A DNA stretch of 64,000 bases from Rhodoluna sp. (GCA_021741705.1 JAIOXP010000002.1:7499-71498); one strand, 5' to 3'. Counted from the stretch's first letter, positions 31,312 through 41,883 are shown. Program-made: numbers and translations. The notes: a model not told the origin generated them from the sequence alone.

Positions 31312-32727
31312 CTAGCCCTTGGAGTGCCACTCCAGCAAGGCCTTCTTTGCGGCCTCGGGGCCAAGTGGGCCATTCTCGATCCGAAGCTCCAAAAGGTACT
31401 TATAGGCCTTGCCAACCTTGGGACCTGGCTTCAGATTCAAAATCTCCATAATTTCCTCGCCGGTTAGATCGGGCCTCATGGCATTGAGCTCTTCTTGCTC
31501 CATGACAATTGCAATTCTCTTTTCAAGATCGTCGTAGGCGTGAGAAAGCTGGTCAGCTTTGCGCTTATTTCTTGTAGTTACATCAGATCGGGTAAGAATG
31601 TGTAGCCGAACCAACTGCTCCCCAGCATCGCGAACATACCTTCTTATTGCAGCGTCGGTCCAGGATTGATCACTGTATCCAAAAAAGCGCAAGTGAAGCT
31701 CAACCAGTTTCGAAACCGCCTTGGTGGTGTCATTATCGAAACGAAGCGCCTTCATTCTCTTGGAGGCAAGCTTTGCCCCCACCACATCGTGGTGGTAGAA
31801 ACTAACTGCCCCGCCTGGCTCCAGCTTTCTTGTTGCCGGTTTTCCAATGTCGTGAAGTAGGGCTGCAAATCGCAACACGAAATCTGGCTCTAGGTTGTAA
31901 TCCTTTTCGTAGTCGATTGCTTGCTCGACAACAGTGAGGGTGTGTTCGTAGACATCTTTATGGTGGTGATGTTCGTCGGTTTCTAGCTTTAGTGCAGGAA
32001 GCTCTGGCAAAACTATTTCCGCAAGTCCCGAAGTAACTAGTGCCTCAAGACCCTTGCGGGGATTTGCTCCAAGCATAAGTTTTTGTAATTCAACTTGAAT
32101 TCTTTCTGCAGAAACTATCTCGAGTCTTTGGCGCATTGACTGCATTGCCTCAAATGATGCTGGTTCTATTTCAAACCCAAGTTGAGATGCAAACCTGGCC
32201 CCACGAAGCATGCGTAAGGGGTCATCACCAAACGAGTCTTCTGGCTTACCTGGGGTTTTGAGCACCTTGTCGCCCAGATCGCGCAAGCCTCCAAATGGGT
32301 CAACAAACTCCCTAGCAGGAAGAGTTAGAGCCATGGAGTTGACGGTGAAGTCACGGCGTTGTAAGTCGTGCTTCAAATCGGTTCCGAATTTTACTTCTGG
32401 TTTTCTAGAGTCAACATCGTATTTATCGGTTCGATAAGTTGTAATTTCAATTTGACTGTCACCGACTCGACAACCAATGGTTCCAAACTCTTTTCCAATT
32501 TCCCAGTGGGTATCCACTTTGCCCTTGATGACTTCAAGAATCTGTTCTGGGGTGGCGTTTGTGGTTAGGTCAATATCAGGTGCTACTCGACCAAGAATTG
32601 CATCTCGAACCGGTCCTCCGACAAGGGCTAGCTCATATCCTGCGATTTCGAACATCGCACCGAGCGAATCAAGAAGCGGTGTTTTTGTAACACGCTCAAG
32701 GTTTTTCATAGCGTCGGATGAATGCAT
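31312..32727 (-). CDS. cca: CCA tRNA nucleotidyltransferase with HD domain
   Basis: LVGGPVRD, DIDLTT, RRDFTVN, DDPLRMLR, LLHDIGKP. Confidence 0.95.
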   Translation of the reverse strand: MHSSDAMKNLERVTKTPLLDSLGAMFEIAGYELALVGGPVRDAILGRVAPDIDLTTNATPEQILEVIKGKVDTHWEIGKEFGTIGCRVGDSQIEITTYRTDKYDVDSRKPEVKFGTDLKHDLQRRDFTVNSMALTLPAREFVDPFGGLRDLGDKVLKTPGKPEDSFGDDPLRMLRGARFASQLGFEIEPASFEAMQSMRQRLEIVSAERIQVELQKLMLGANPRKGLEALVTSGLAEIVLPELPALKLETDEHHHHKDVYEHTLTVVEQAIDYEKDYNLEPDFVLRFAALLHDIGKPATRKLEPGGAVSFYHHDVVGAKLASKRMKALRFDNDTTKAVSKLVELHLRFFGYSDQSWTDAAIRRYVRDAGEQLVRLHILTRSDVTTRNKRKADQLSHAYDDLEKRIAIVMEQEELNAMRPDLTGEEIMEILNLKPGPKVGKAYKYLLELRIENGPLGPEAAKKALLEWHSKG

Positions 32728-32808
32728 ATGTTCAACCTTGCCACAACGCATAGGTGGTTTCTATCAGGCAAAATGGGCGCATTTGGTCTTGAGGTTAGGC
32801 TTAACAAC

Positions 32809-33264
32809 ATGACCCGTGAAAAGCCAGCTCCTGTTGTAGAAGTCTCGGCTGGTGGTTTTGTGGTTTCGAAAACTGATTCGACTCTGGTGGCGCTTATGGC
32901 GAGGTTTAATCGGGGCGGAAAACTCGAATGGTGTATTCCAAAGGGCCATCTAGAGCCGAATGAATCCAATGAGCAGGCAGCGTTGCGAGAGGTTTTTGAA
33001 GAAACGGGCCTGAGCGCAGAAATCACAGATTACCTAGGGGGTGTGAGTTACACCTTTAATCAAAAAGGTAAGAACGTATCCAAAACTGTTCACGTCTACT
33101 TAATGAACCAACTATCCGGTGAGCTAACCATGGAGCACGATCCAAATCATGAGGCAAGTGAACTAGCCTGGGTAAAATTGAGCGAGCTTATCAATAGGCT
33201 CTCTCATGTAAATGAGAAAAGAATTGCCAAAGTGGCTCTAGAACTTATCGAGGCTCGAATTTGA
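32809..33264 (+). CDS. NUDIX hydrolase
   Basis: Nudix box PKGHLE..E....AALREVFEETG. Confidence 0.92.
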   Translation: MTREKPAPVVEVSAGGFVVSKTDSTLVALMARFNRGGKLEWCIPKGHLEPNESNEQAALREVFEETGLSAEITDYLGGVSYTFNQKGKNVSKTVHVYLMNQLSGELTMEHDPNHEASELAWVKLSELINRLSHVNEKRIAKVALELIEARI

Positions 33265-33764
33265 AGAAAATAACAATTGTCCTAATTGTTGCTATCGCTG
33301 CCTCCATTGGGTTGGCAGCAATGCCTGCATTCCCAAACGAGAGAACGGCGGTCTTCCCTGAGGGTGTTTCGATTCTGGGCGGATCCGACATCACGCTGGT
33401 TGCCAGACAATCAACTTTTCCAGTGGTCGTGAGTAACAGCCACGGTAGTGAGGCGAGAGTGATTGTGCATCTGATTTCTACGAGCCCAAAACTTGTTGTT
33501 GAGGAAACGACAGATTGGCTCGTTATGCAACCGGGTACCACCGTCAATGCTCAGTTTCCAGTGTCTGCAATCGGTAGCGGTGATGTTGTGATGGTTGCCT
33601 GGTTAACTTCAATTAGCGGAGTTGAGATCGGGCCAAAGGTGCTAATTAAACTCACCGTTAATCCTGATATTGAAACTTGGGCAATAGGCTTGTTTTTTGG
33701 GATTGTTGCGGTGTTGACAGTCGTTGGATTGATTCGAACATCGCGTAGACATAGATCTAGCTAG
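33261..33764 (+). CDS. Short DUF6049-like secreted/membrane-anchored protein
   Basis: Signal peptide, beta-rich domain and C-terminal TM with basic tail; occupies the NUDIX-murJ slot. Confidence 0.6.
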   Translation: MKKITIVLIVAIAASIGLAAMPAFPNERTAVFPEGVSILGGSDITLVARQSTFPVVVSNSHGSEARVIVHLISTSPKLVVEETTDWLVMQPGTTVNAQFPVSAIGSGDVVMVAWLTSISGVEIGPKVLIKLTVNPDIETWAIGLFFGIVAVLTVVGLIRTSRRHRSS

Positions 33765-33772
33765 GAAATCTT

Positions 33773-35401
33773 ATGGGTGTCGCCAAATCATCTTTAGTGA
33801 TGGCCGGTGGAACAATAACCTCCAGGGCTCTCGGGTTTATTCGCACCGTAGTTTTGGCGCTGACAATCGGTGTTACTACCGATGCCGCAGACGCCTTCGG
33901 TGTTGCAAACCAACTACCCAATAATGTTTACGCAATTATCGCCGGTGGTGTCCTCTCTGCGGTGCTGGTTCCGCAGATAGTAAAGGCTAGATCTCACAAA
34001 GACGGTGGTTTTGGCTACATCGACCGCCTTTTAACTTTGGCAATTGTGGTTTTTGCTTCGGTGAGCGTGGTTGCTACCCTCGCGGCACCCTTCTTGATTT
34101 CTATTTACACAACCGGGTGGTCTCCAGCTCAGTTGGCACTTGCTTCCGCGTTTGCTTACTGGTGCATTCCGCAGCTATTTTTCTACGGTCTTTACGCGAT
34201 GCTCGGAGAAGTTTTAAACGCTCGAAGTGCATTTGGTCCTTACATGTGGGCTCCGGTTCTAAACAACGTTGTTGGGATTATTGGTCTGATTGGCTTCTTG
34301 GTAATTTTTGGAGCGGACCCAGTCGGGGCTAGGTCTGTGGAGAGTTGGGGACCAGATCAAATTGCCCTTCTGGCTGGCTCCGCAACCCTAGGGGTTGCAT
34401 CCCAAGCGCTCATATTGTTTTTGTCTTGGAAGAAAATCGGAATCAATTTTTCGCTGAACTTCTCTTGGCGAGGGGTTGGGCTTCGTCCCGCGATGAAAGC
34501 GGCCACTTGGACAATCGGAATGGTCTTGGTTTCACAAATTGGTGGTTTGGTTCAGACCTTCGTCGCGTCTCGGGCAGTAGCGGATAGATCAGAAGATCTA
34601 GCGATTGCATCGGTTGCAGCCATGTTGATTGCTTGGTTGCTTTTCATGCTGCCCCACTCCGTCGTAACAGTCTCGATAGCTACGGCTTACTTCACCAAGA
34701 TGAGTGAGCACGTTCACGATAAAAGAATCGATCTTATGAAGATTGATCTTCGTGCGGCCCTTCGAGTGGTTGTTTTGGTCAACGTGTTTTCATCAATAGC
34801 ACTTATTCTTCTTTGCTATCCAGTTGCCAGAGTGTTTGTTGGAGAGTATCCATCAACAGTTGCTTTAGGTAACGTGTTGTTTACAACCATGTTTGGTTTG
34901 GTCCCTTTTGGTTTGGTGTTCATGTTTCAAAAGGCATTTTTTGCTCTAGAAGACACCAGAACACCATTTGTTTTCACAACTATCCAGATAGCGATTCACA
35001 TCGCCGGTTCAATCACCTTGTTTTTCACAATGACATCTGAATTTCTTGTTATGTCACTAGCTGGTCTCACCAGCGCAACTATTCTGATTCAGGCTCTGTT
35101 TGCTTACGCATTCCTAAGGGCACGGATCGGATTTATAGGAACTGCGCCAAAGGGTGAGGGCTTGACACTAAGAGTGGTGGTTGCAGCTGTGGCTGCGGCC
35201 CTGGTTGGCTACGGAATGATTCTGGCCTTAGGTGGGACAGCTGAGGGCAGTTTGGGCCTCGGTTCTATAGCCGGTGCTCTCATGGTTATCGTTGCCACGG
35301 GAATAGCCATGCTTCTTGTTTACGTCTTGGTTTTGAAGCTTCTAGGTGTTCCAGAGATAGATAGCGCCCTTAAGGGAATTCGCGGAATACTGCGTCGCTA
35401 A
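33773..35401 (+). CDS. murJ: Lipid II flippase MurJ/MviN
   Basis: SRALGFIR, AF.VAN.LPN, FGPYMWAPVLNN, F.ALEDTRTP. Confidence 0.95.
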   Translation: MGVAKSSLVMAGGTITSRALGFIRTVVLALTIGVTTDAADAFGVANQLPNNVYAIIAGGVLSAVLVPQIVKARSHKDGGFGYIDRLLTLAIVVFASVSVVATLAAPFLISIYTTGWSPAQLALASAFAYWCIPQLFFYGLYAMLGEVLNARSAFGPYMWAPVLNNVVGIIGLIGFLVIFGADPVGARSVESWGPDQIALLAGSATLGVASQALILFLSWKKIGINFSLNFSWRGVGLRPAMKAATWTIGMVLVSQIGGLVQTFVASRAVADRSEDLAIASVAAMLIAWLLFMLPHSVVTVSIATAYFTKMSEHVHDKRIDLMKIDLRAALRVVVLVNVFSSIALILLCYPVARVFVGEYPSTVALGNVLFTTMFGLVPFGLVFMFQKAFFALEDTRTPFVFTTIQIAIHIAGSITLFFTMTSEFLVMSLAGLTSATILIQALFAYAFLRARIGFIGTAPKGEGLTLRVVVAAVAAALVGYGMILALGGTAEGSLGLGSIAGALMVIVATGIAMLLVYVLVLKLLGVPEIDSALKGIRGILRR

Positions 35402-35453
35402 ACTTAGTTCTTGTTGAGTGGTTGCCATTGTCGCCACACCAAGAAAGAAGAAG

Positions 35454-36374
35454 ATGCGCGAAGTAATCATTATTGGATCAGGCCCCGCCGGATACACCGC
35501 GGGCATCTATGCCGCGAGAGCAGGCCTGAAGCCTCTTCTTATTGCTTCCAGCGTTGAAGCCGGTGGCGAGCTAATGAAGACCACCGATGTTGAAAACTTC
35601 CCTGGTTTCCCAGATGGGCTAATGGGACCAGATCTAATGATGAAATTTCAGGCCCAGGCCGAACGCTTCGGAACAGAAATCTTGCTACAAGACGTTGTTG
35701 AAGTTGACCTCAAGGCGAACCCAAAGATCGTCAAGATTGGTACCGGAGAAACCTTTGAAGCCAAGACCGTCATTTTGGCCACCGGGGCTGCTTACCGTGA
35801 GCTTGGTTTGCCCAAGGAAAAGGAACTATCCGGGCACGGTGTGAGCTGGTGCGCCACCTGTGATGGTTTCTTCTTCAGAGAAAAAACCATCGCTGTTGTT
35901 GGTGGTGGGGATTCCGCCATGGAGGAAGCTAACTTCCTAACCCGCTTTGCATCCAAGGTTTATGTCATCCACCGCAGGAACGAGCTCAAGGCCTCAAAGA
36001 TTATGCAGGATAGGGCGAAGGCCAATCCCAAGATTGAATTCATCTGGAACGCCGGTGTTGAAGAGCTTCTAGGTGAAGGCAAACTCACCGGGGTGAAACT
36101 CAAGGACACCGTCACAGGGGCTGAGTCCCAGCTAGATCTAGATGGCTTATTTATTGCCATTGGAAATGACCCGAGGGTCTGGTTGGTTGAGAACCAGCTG
36201 GAGCTGACTGAGGACAAGTTCATCAAGGTAGATGGTCGAACCTCAAAGACTTCGCTACCCGGGGTTTTTGCATGTGGCGATGTGATTGACCCGACTTACC
36301 GTCAGGCAATCACAGCGGCGGGTTCGGGTTGTGTCGCAGCGTTAGACGCCGAGCATTTCATCAGCGCGCAGTAG
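35454..36374 (+). CDS. trxB: Thioredoxin reductase
   Basis: IIGSGPAGYTA, CATCDG, GGGDSA.EEA. Confidence 0.98.
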   Translation: MREVIIIGSGPAGYTAGIYAARAGLKPLLIASSVEAGGELMKTTDVENFPGFPDGLMGPDLMMKFQAQAERFGTEILLQDVVEVDLKANPKIVKIGTGETFEAKTVILATGAAYRELGLPKEKELSGHGVSWCATCDGFFFREKTIAVVGGGDSAMEEANFLTRFASKVYVIHRRNELKASKIMQDRAKANPKIEFIWNAGVEELLGEGKLTGVKLKDTVTGAESQLDLDGLFIAIGNDPRVWLVENQLELTEDKFIKVDGRTSKTSLPGVFACGDVIDPTYRQAITAAGSGCVAALDAEHFISAQ

Positions 36375-36406
36375 ATTTAGAACAGATCGATAATTTAGGA
36401 GAAATC

Positions 36407-36730
36407 ATGGCACCCAAGAATGTAACCACCGCTTCTTTCCAGGCGGATGTGCTTTCAAACCCGAAGCCTGTAATGGTGGACTTCTGGGCCGAGTGGTGTG
36501 GGCCATGTCGCATGGTTTCACCAATTCTTGACGAGATTGCAGCTGAGTACTCAGACAAGATCGAAATCGTAAAAGTAAATGTCGATGAAGAGCCAGAGCT
36601 AGCCATGCAATATGGCGTTACTGGAATACCGCTTATGGGTATTTTTCAAGGTGGCCAGCTGGTCAAGCAAATGGTTGGAGCAAAGCCTAAGCAGGCAATT
36701 GTTGCTGACCTTGCAGAATTCCTAGCCTAA
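36407..36730 (+). CDS. trxA: Thioredoxin
   Basis: WAEWCGPC. Confidence 0.98.
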   Translation: MAPKNVTTASFQADVLSNPKPVMVDFWAEWCGPCRMVSPILDEIAAEYSDKIEIVKVNVDEEPELAMQYGVTGIPLMGIFQGGQLVKQMVGAKPKQAIVADLAEFLA

Positions 36731-36748
36731 AAACCGAAAGGTTTTTAG
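36727..36748. terminator. Bidirectional terminator between trxA and parB
   Basis: Perfect hairpin CTAAAAACC-GAAA-GGTTTTTAG between convergent stops. Confidence 0.75.
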
Positions 36749-37681
36749 TTAGCTTCCTTTTTTCTTGTAACCAATCTCATCCAGGATTCGGTTCAAATCC
36801 GCGACCGTTGCGAAGTCAATAATTAGCTGACCCTTCTTGCGACCAAGAGCGATCTTCACTGTCGTGTTTAGCTGGTCGCCAAGTCCCTCGGCAATTTCCT
36901 TCAAAAGATCCTGACGGGTCCCTTGAATGATTTTTGGCTTTTTGTTTTCTGGCTTATCGATGCCAACAATTTCTTCCAAAGATCTAACTGACAAACCTTC
37001 GTTGATTGTTTTAGTTGCAAAGTACTCCATGCGAGAGGCATCAGCTGCACCAAGAATTGCTCTGGCGTGACCGGCAGATAAAACGCCCGATGCCACTTGT
37101 CTTTGAACGCTCGCCGGTAACTTCAACAAACGAAGGGTGTTGGTGATTTGTGGACGTGATCGACCAATGCGCTCAGCGAGCTGTTCTTGAGTAATTCCAA
37201 AATCTTCCAAGAGCTGCGAGTAAGCACTTGCTTCTTCGAGTGGGTTTAGATCACTGCGGTGAAGGTTTTCTAGGAGTGCATCGCGCAACATATTTTCGTC
37301 TGCTGTTTCACGAATAACAGCGGGAATCTTTGTCAGTCCTGCTTCTTTGGATGCGCGAAGTCTTCGCTCCCCCATGATCAATTCATATTTGCCTTCAGAT
37401 TTTTCTCTGACGACAATAGGCTGCAAAACACCTAGCTCGCGAATGGAATGAACGAGTTCTGAAAAAGCCACTGGTTCAAAAACAGATCTTGGTTGTTTTG
37501 GGTTAGGAACTATTGCCTGAACGTCTAGGTGGCCAAAGCGAGCACCAGGAACTGCGACAAGGTTTGATTCTTTTGTTCCACCGACTGGAAAAAATATGTC
37601 CACTGGTCGTTCAGTAGTTTTATCTGAAGTTGGAATTAGTGAACCAATGCCTCTACCGAGACCGCCTTTTTTCTCAGCCAC
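36749..37681 (-). CDS. parB: Chromosome partitioning protein ParB
   Basis: [29 protein letters not shown]. Confidence 0.97.
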   Translation of the reverse strand: MAEKKGGLGRGIGSLIPTSDKTTERPVDIFFPVGGTKESNLVAVPGARFGHLDVQAIVPNPKQPRSVFEPVAFSELVHSIRELGVLQPIVVREKSEGKYELIMGERRLRASKEAGLTKIPAVIRETADENMLRDALLENLHRSDLNPLEEASAYSQLLEDFGITQEQLAERIGRSRPQITNTLRLLKLPASVQRQVASGVLSAGHARAILGAADASRMEYFATKTINEGLSVRSLEEIVGIDKPENKKPKIIQGTRQDLLKEIAEGLGDQLNTTVKIALGRKKGQLIIDFATVADLNRILDEIGYKKKGS

Positions 37682-38588
37682 GAGCTGCTCCTCTGTTTGC
37701 CATTTCTATTGCTGCTTCCAGATATGCAATTGCACCTGGTGATGTTCGATCGTAAGAAATTACAGTGCGTCCATAACTTGGTGCTTCGGAAACTCGAACT
37801 GATCTTGGAATGATTGTTGAAAGAACTTGATTTGGAAAATGTAGTTTTACTTCGTCCGCAACTTGCGAAGCAAGTTTGGTTCTTGAGTCATACATCGTTA
37901 GCAAGATTGTAGAAAGTTCAAGTGAAGGGTTAAGGTGCTTCTTGATCATCTCGATGCTCTTTACAAGTTGGCTTAAACCTTCGAGTGCGTAGTACTCGCA
38001 TTGAATTGGAATTAGAACTTCTCTTGCTGCAACGAACGCGTTCACTGTCAACAGACCCAAGCTAGGTGGGCAGTCAATCAAGACAAAATCCGGTGGTGTT
38101 GGGGTTGAAGCGATATAGGTCTCTATAGCGGTACGAAGGCGCTGTTCTCTAGCAACCAACGAAACGAGTTCGATCTCGGCACCGGCGAGATGGATGGTAG
38201 CTGGGACACAGGTTACTCCTGGGCTTTCAGTGCTCACCTGAACCACTTGGGCCATAGCGACATCGTCAATAAGCACTTCGTAGATACTCTTGATGTCGGC
38301 GTGATGATCAATTCCTAGGGCTGTGGACGCGTTGCCCTGTGGGTCTAAATCCACGACGAGAACCTTCAAACCTTTAGAAGCAAGAGCCGAAGCCAAGTTA
38401 ACTGTGGTAGTGGTTTTGCCCACACCGCCTTTTTGGTTGGAAATAGTGATAATTCGAGTAGTTAAAGGTTTATCCACAACCTTAGACCCGGCTTGCTCCA
38501 AACGTTGAGAGTTTTCCACAAGCTCTCGAGCCAGCGGAGTATCAGCTAAGTCGGTCAAATTAGACGCTAAATCATCGGGATGTTTCAC
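37674..38588 (-). CDS. parA: Chromosome partitioning ATPase ParA
   Basis: [31 protein letters not shown]. Start assigned to the GTG inside parS. Confidence 0.95.
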   Translation of the reverse strand: MKHPDDLASNLTDLADTPLARELVENSQRLEQAGSKVVDKPLTTRIITISNQKGGVGKTTTTVNLASALASKGLKVLVVDLDPQGNASTALGIDHHADIKSIYEVLIDDVAMAQVVQVSTESPGVTCVPATIHLAGAEIELVSLVAREQRLRTAIETYIASTPTPPDFVLIDCPPSLGLLTVNAFVAAREVLIPIQCEYYALEGLSQLVKSIEMIKKHLNPSLELSTILLTMYDSRTKLASQVADEVKLHFPNQVLSTIIPRSVRVSEAPSYGRTVISYDRTSPGAIAYLEAAIEMANRGAARG

Positions 38589-38596
38589 GTGAAACC
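38581..38596. other. parS site 1
   Basis: TGTTTCACGTGAAACC matches the parS palindrome. Confidence 0.92.
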
Positions 38597-38730
38597 CCCA
38601 AAATCTCAGACTTATCCACAAGCCATCCTGTGGGGTGTGGAGAACTCTCAAGTCGACCGTTAGGGTAGCCCAGTCCCTTTACAACGCTAGGTTTGGTAAC
38701 CGCTGTGGTCTCTGAAGGCTGTTCTGACAT

Positions 38731-39372
38731 TTAGTTCTCCTTCGAAGAATCTAGCGTAGTTTTGACTACCGATGTGGGCTCAGCGAGAAACTTTTCACCA
38801 CAAATTTGGATCTCGAACGATGCAATTCCCAGCTTCTTTTGGAGCCTCTTCGCAGCCTCTATTTCCTCAGCAGCTTTCGATCCCTTGAGGGCTATAAGTG
38901 AACCCCCTGTTTTCAGAAGGTGCACTGTCAATCGAAGGAGTTTATCCAGAGCGGCTACCGCCCTAGCAGTGACGATATCAAACTTTAGGTCCAAGACTTC
39001 CTCAGCCCTAGCTCTTCTGACTTCAATGTTGGTCAGACCAAGTTCCTGAATTACCTCTAGCATCCAGCTGGATCTGCGTTCCATAGGTTCAATTAGGACA
39101 AAGCGAGCCTCTGGCAAGGCAATTGCCATGGGGATGCCCGGTAGTCCGGCCCCTGACCCAACGTCGGCAACCAGGTCCCCTGCTTTGACGGTTTCGGCTA
39201 CCACAGCTGAATTCAGGATGTGTCTGGACCAGAGCTTGTCGAGCTCCCTGGGCCCAAGAAGGCCTAGGTCATCACTGTCATTGGCGAGCTTCTGGGCAAA
39301 GGCTCTGGCCTTCTCAATCTGAGGGCCAAAAATTGCTTTGGCTGATTCTGGCTCAGCCTCGAATTGTTTCAC
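38731..39372 (-). CDS. rsmG: 16S rRNA m7G527 methyltransferase
   Basis: RHILNS, DVGSGAGLPG, TARAVA, KG. Confidence 0.96.
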   Translation of the reverse strand: MKQFEAEPESAKAIFGPQIEKARAFAQKLANDSDDLGLLGPRELDKLWSRHILNSAVVAETVKAGDLVADVGSGAGLPGIPMAIALPEARFVLIEPMERRSSWMLEVIQELGLTNIEVRRARAEEVLDLKFDIVTARAVAALDKLLRLTVHLLKTGGSLIALKGSKAAEEIEAAKRLQKKLGIASFEIQICGEKFLAEPTSVVKTTLDSSKEN

Positions 39373-39380
39373 GTGAAACT
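39365..39380. other. parS site 2
   Basis: TGTTTCACGTGAAACT palindrome. Confidence 0.92.
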
Positions 39381-39873
39381 ATTCAGGCTTGGAGATTACG
39401 ATGTGACGGTCGCGTCCTTCGCCTTCGGACTCTGAGCTCAAACCAGCCTCACCGATCAAGTCGTGAGCAAGTTTTCTTTCGTAGGAGCTCATTGGCTTAA
39501 GGTGCTTTGGTTCGCCGGTTTCTTTCACCTGGCTGATGAACTTCTCAACCACCTTGGTGAGCTGGTCGATCTTGGCCTGTCTGGAGCCGCCAACATCCAA
39601 GATCAGGCGTGAGTAGCTAGAGGTCTTGACCTGTACGGCCAGGCGGGTGAGCTCCTGGAGGGCCTCGACGGTGTCCGGGTGTGAGACCAAAGCTAGGTTG
39701 GAATCCTTGCTAGCGGTGACCGCTAGATACGCTCTGCCTTCACGAACGTCGATGTCAATATCGCCATCTAAATCTGTTATGTCAAGTAGTTCTTCGAGGT
39801 AGTCAGCGGCAATGTCGCCTTCTTCCTCAAGTTGCTTGACTGTTCTTTCTTTGCTTTCTTCTAAATCTGCCAT
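39379..39873 (-). CDS. jag: Jag/KhpB family KH-R3H RNA-binding protein
   Basis: [35 protein letters not shown]. Confidence 0.92.
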   Translation of the reverse strand: MADLEESKERTVKQLEEEGDIAADYLEELLDITDLDGDIDIDVREGRAYLAVTASKDSNLALVSHPDTVEALQELTRLAVQVKTSSYSRLILDVGGSRQAKIDQLTKVVEKFISQVKETGEPKHLKPMSSYERKLAHDLIGEAGLSSESEGEGRDRHIVISKPE

Positions 39874-39882
39874 CTTGGTTTC

Positions 39883-40836
39883 CTACTTCTTCTTTTTCTG
39901 GTCTTTTTTGGCCCGCTTCTTTGAAACTGGCTGGTCTCGTTGAGCCTTCTCGGCTGCTTCAGCTGCTGCCTGGGCAGCCTCTTCGGCGTCTTTTTTGGCC
40001 TGAAGTTCCTTTGGAAGCTTGCCTTTCTTGGCTAAGCGCTCGATCCTAGCTTTGTAAGCAGGGGATCCTTCGGTTGGCATGTTGCGGATAACAATGAACT
40101 GCTGACCCATGGTCCAGAAGTTAGAGGTTAGCCAGTAGAAGATAACCGCGATTGGGAAAGATACTCCGGAGATTACGAAGATTAGTGGGAACACGTAGAG
40201 CAGGATCTTCTGGGTCTGCATGTATTGGCTGTTTTGGACATCAGGATTCTGGTTTTTCGCGATGATCTGCTTCTGGGTAATGAACTGTGAGGCAGACATC
40301 AAAACCACCATGACTCCAGCCAAGATCTGGACCTCGATACCGGTAGCGGTAAGGAAGGTTTCAGAGAGCTTTGCGCCGAGTAGGTTGGCGTCTGAGAACT
40401 GGGTTGCAAGGGTGGAGTTCATTAGGCCAACGCCAGATTTTTGGGCCTGGGCGTCGTTCAAGACGAAGAAAAGGCCGGTAAAGATAGGGATTTGGACCAG
40501 GATTGGAAGGCAGGAGCTGAGGGGGTTAGACCCGGTTCTTTTGTATAGATCCATCTGCTCTTTGGCAAACTTCTCTCTGGATTCGCGGTCGTTTTTACCC
40601 TTGTATTTCTTTTGCAGCTTCTGAAGCTCAGGCTGGACCAGCATCATGTTTCGTTGAGATTTAATCTGCTTAACAAACAGCGGGATAAGAGCTGATCGAA
40701 CGACCAAAACTAGACCAACGATGGCCAAAACCCAGCTCAAACCGGACTCAGCGGCTATGCCAAAAAAGGTGAAGAAGGTGTGAAAACTGACCAAAATCAG
40801 CTCAATTATCCACTTAATTGGAAACAGAAAATCCAT
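39883..40836 (-). CDS. yidC: Membrane protein insertase YidC
   Basis: PLFVKQIKS, NPLSSCLP, YWLTSNFW..GQQ. Confidence 0.96.
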   Translation of the reverse strand: MDFLFPIKWIIELILVSFHTFFTFFGIAAESGLSWVLAIVGLVLVVRSALIPLFVKQIKSQRNMMLVQPELQKLQKKYKGKNDRESREKFAKEQMDLYKRTGSNPLSSCLPILVQIPIFTGLFFVLNDAQAQKSGVGLMNSTLATQFSDANLLGAKLSETFLTATGIEVQILAGVMVVLMSASQFITQKQIIAKNQNPDVQNSQYMQTQKILLYVFPLIFVISGVSFPIAVIFYWLTSNFWTMGQQFIVIRNMPTEGSPAYKARIERLAKKGKLPKELQAKKDAEEAAQAAAEAAEKAQRDQPVSKKRAKKDQKKKK

Positions 40837-40840
40837 TTGA

Positions 40841-41143
40841 TTACCTTCCTTGGGGCTTTGGTGAAACAAAGCCGTTTTCTAGCACAATAAAACTCTGGTT
40901 TGAGGGCTTGACCTGGTCAATTCCCCCCTGGGACCAAGGGTTGCATCTGACAATCCTTGCCGCTGTCAACACGCTACCAACAATCACTCCCCGCTGTTGG
41001 ATTTGGCCTAAGCCATAAGCCGAACAGGTCGGATAGTACCTACAAACATCTCCGTAAAGCGGAGATATGAACTTCCTGTACCCCTTGAGGAACAAAACAA
41101 CCAGGTTCCTAGGAACCAGCCAAATTGTCCACAAGGCATTCAT
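40841..41143 (-). CDS. yidD: Membrane protein insertion efficiency factor YidD
   Basis: ISPLYG..CRYYPTCSAY, RCNPW..GG.D. Confidence 0.95.
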   Translation of the reverse strand: MNALWTIWLVPRNLVVLFLKGYRKFISPLYGDVCRYYPTCSAYGLGQIQQRGVIVGSVLTAARIVRCNPWSQGGIDQVKPSNQSFIVLENGFVSPKPQGR

Positions 41144-41466
41144 TTCAGCCCGCAGACCTTCTCAAAATCGGCGGAAAGCTGCTGAAAATCAAGTTCTGCG
41201 CTGCCTGGGAGGGTCCTGAGCACGACCTGGGAGCCAGTTGGAAATGATTCCAATTGCTTCCTCACTAGGCTCCTAAGTCTTCTTTTCAAAAGATTCCTCT
41301 TGACAGCTCCCCCACTTGCCTTCGAAACCACCAACCCAAATTTTTTGGGTTGGTCTTCTTCGATTAGTCGATACCCGACCAAATGGCTAGTGGATTGTTT
41401 TTTGCCGGCTCGCATGATCTTGCGAAAGTCATCGCCTCGAACTAGTCGGTTGGCCCGATCCAGCAT
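41140..41466 (-). CDS. rnpA: Ribonuclease P protein component
   Basis: FGLVVSK..G.AVKRN.LKRRLR. Confidence 0.95.
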   Translation of the reverse strand: MLDRANRLVRGDDFRKIMRAGKKQSTSHLVGYRLIEEDQPKKFGLVVSKASGGAVKRNLLKRRLRSLVRKQLESFPTGSQVVLRTLPGSAELDFQQLSADFEKVCGLK

Positions 41467-41474
41467 TTTGGTTT

Positions 41475-41612
41475 TTAGGCCGAAAGTTCTTTGCGACCCT
41501 TACGACGACGTGCAGCCAAAATAGCCCTGCCGGCGCGGGTTGCCATGCGAAGTCTGAAGCCGTGCTTTTTTGAGCGACGACGGTTATTTGGCTGATAAGT
41601 GCGCTTGCTCAT
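41475..41612 (-). CDS. rpmH: 50S ribosomal protein L34
   Basis: Manual translation [45 protein letters not shown]. Confidence 0.97.
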   Translation of the reverse strand: MSKRTYQPNNRRRSKKHGFRLRMATRAGRAILAARRRKGRKELSA

Positions 41613-41842
41613 TTGAATACACTCCGAAAATTAATTTAGGAACCAGGTGAGTCGGCTAGTGGCCTTTATTTTATTGGGCTGTTGGTTCCTTGCTACAGCG
41701 CAACCTCTCAAATCTAGAGCCTCGAGGGGTGTTTGGTCAAGTCGAAAACCTACCAATATTTTAATTAGAAAAATCGCATTCACAAATCTTGGATTTGCTT
41801 TTAATCCCAGATTTCAGTTGACTACTTGTCTAGTCTTCGATG

Positions 41843-41883
41843 TTTTCCACAGCCCCGAAAATGTTAATAGATTATGTGGAAAA
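41843..41883. promoter_or_regulatory. DnaA boxes upstream of dnaA
   Basis: TTTTCCACA 41843 and TGTGGAAAA 41875. Confidence 0.6.
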
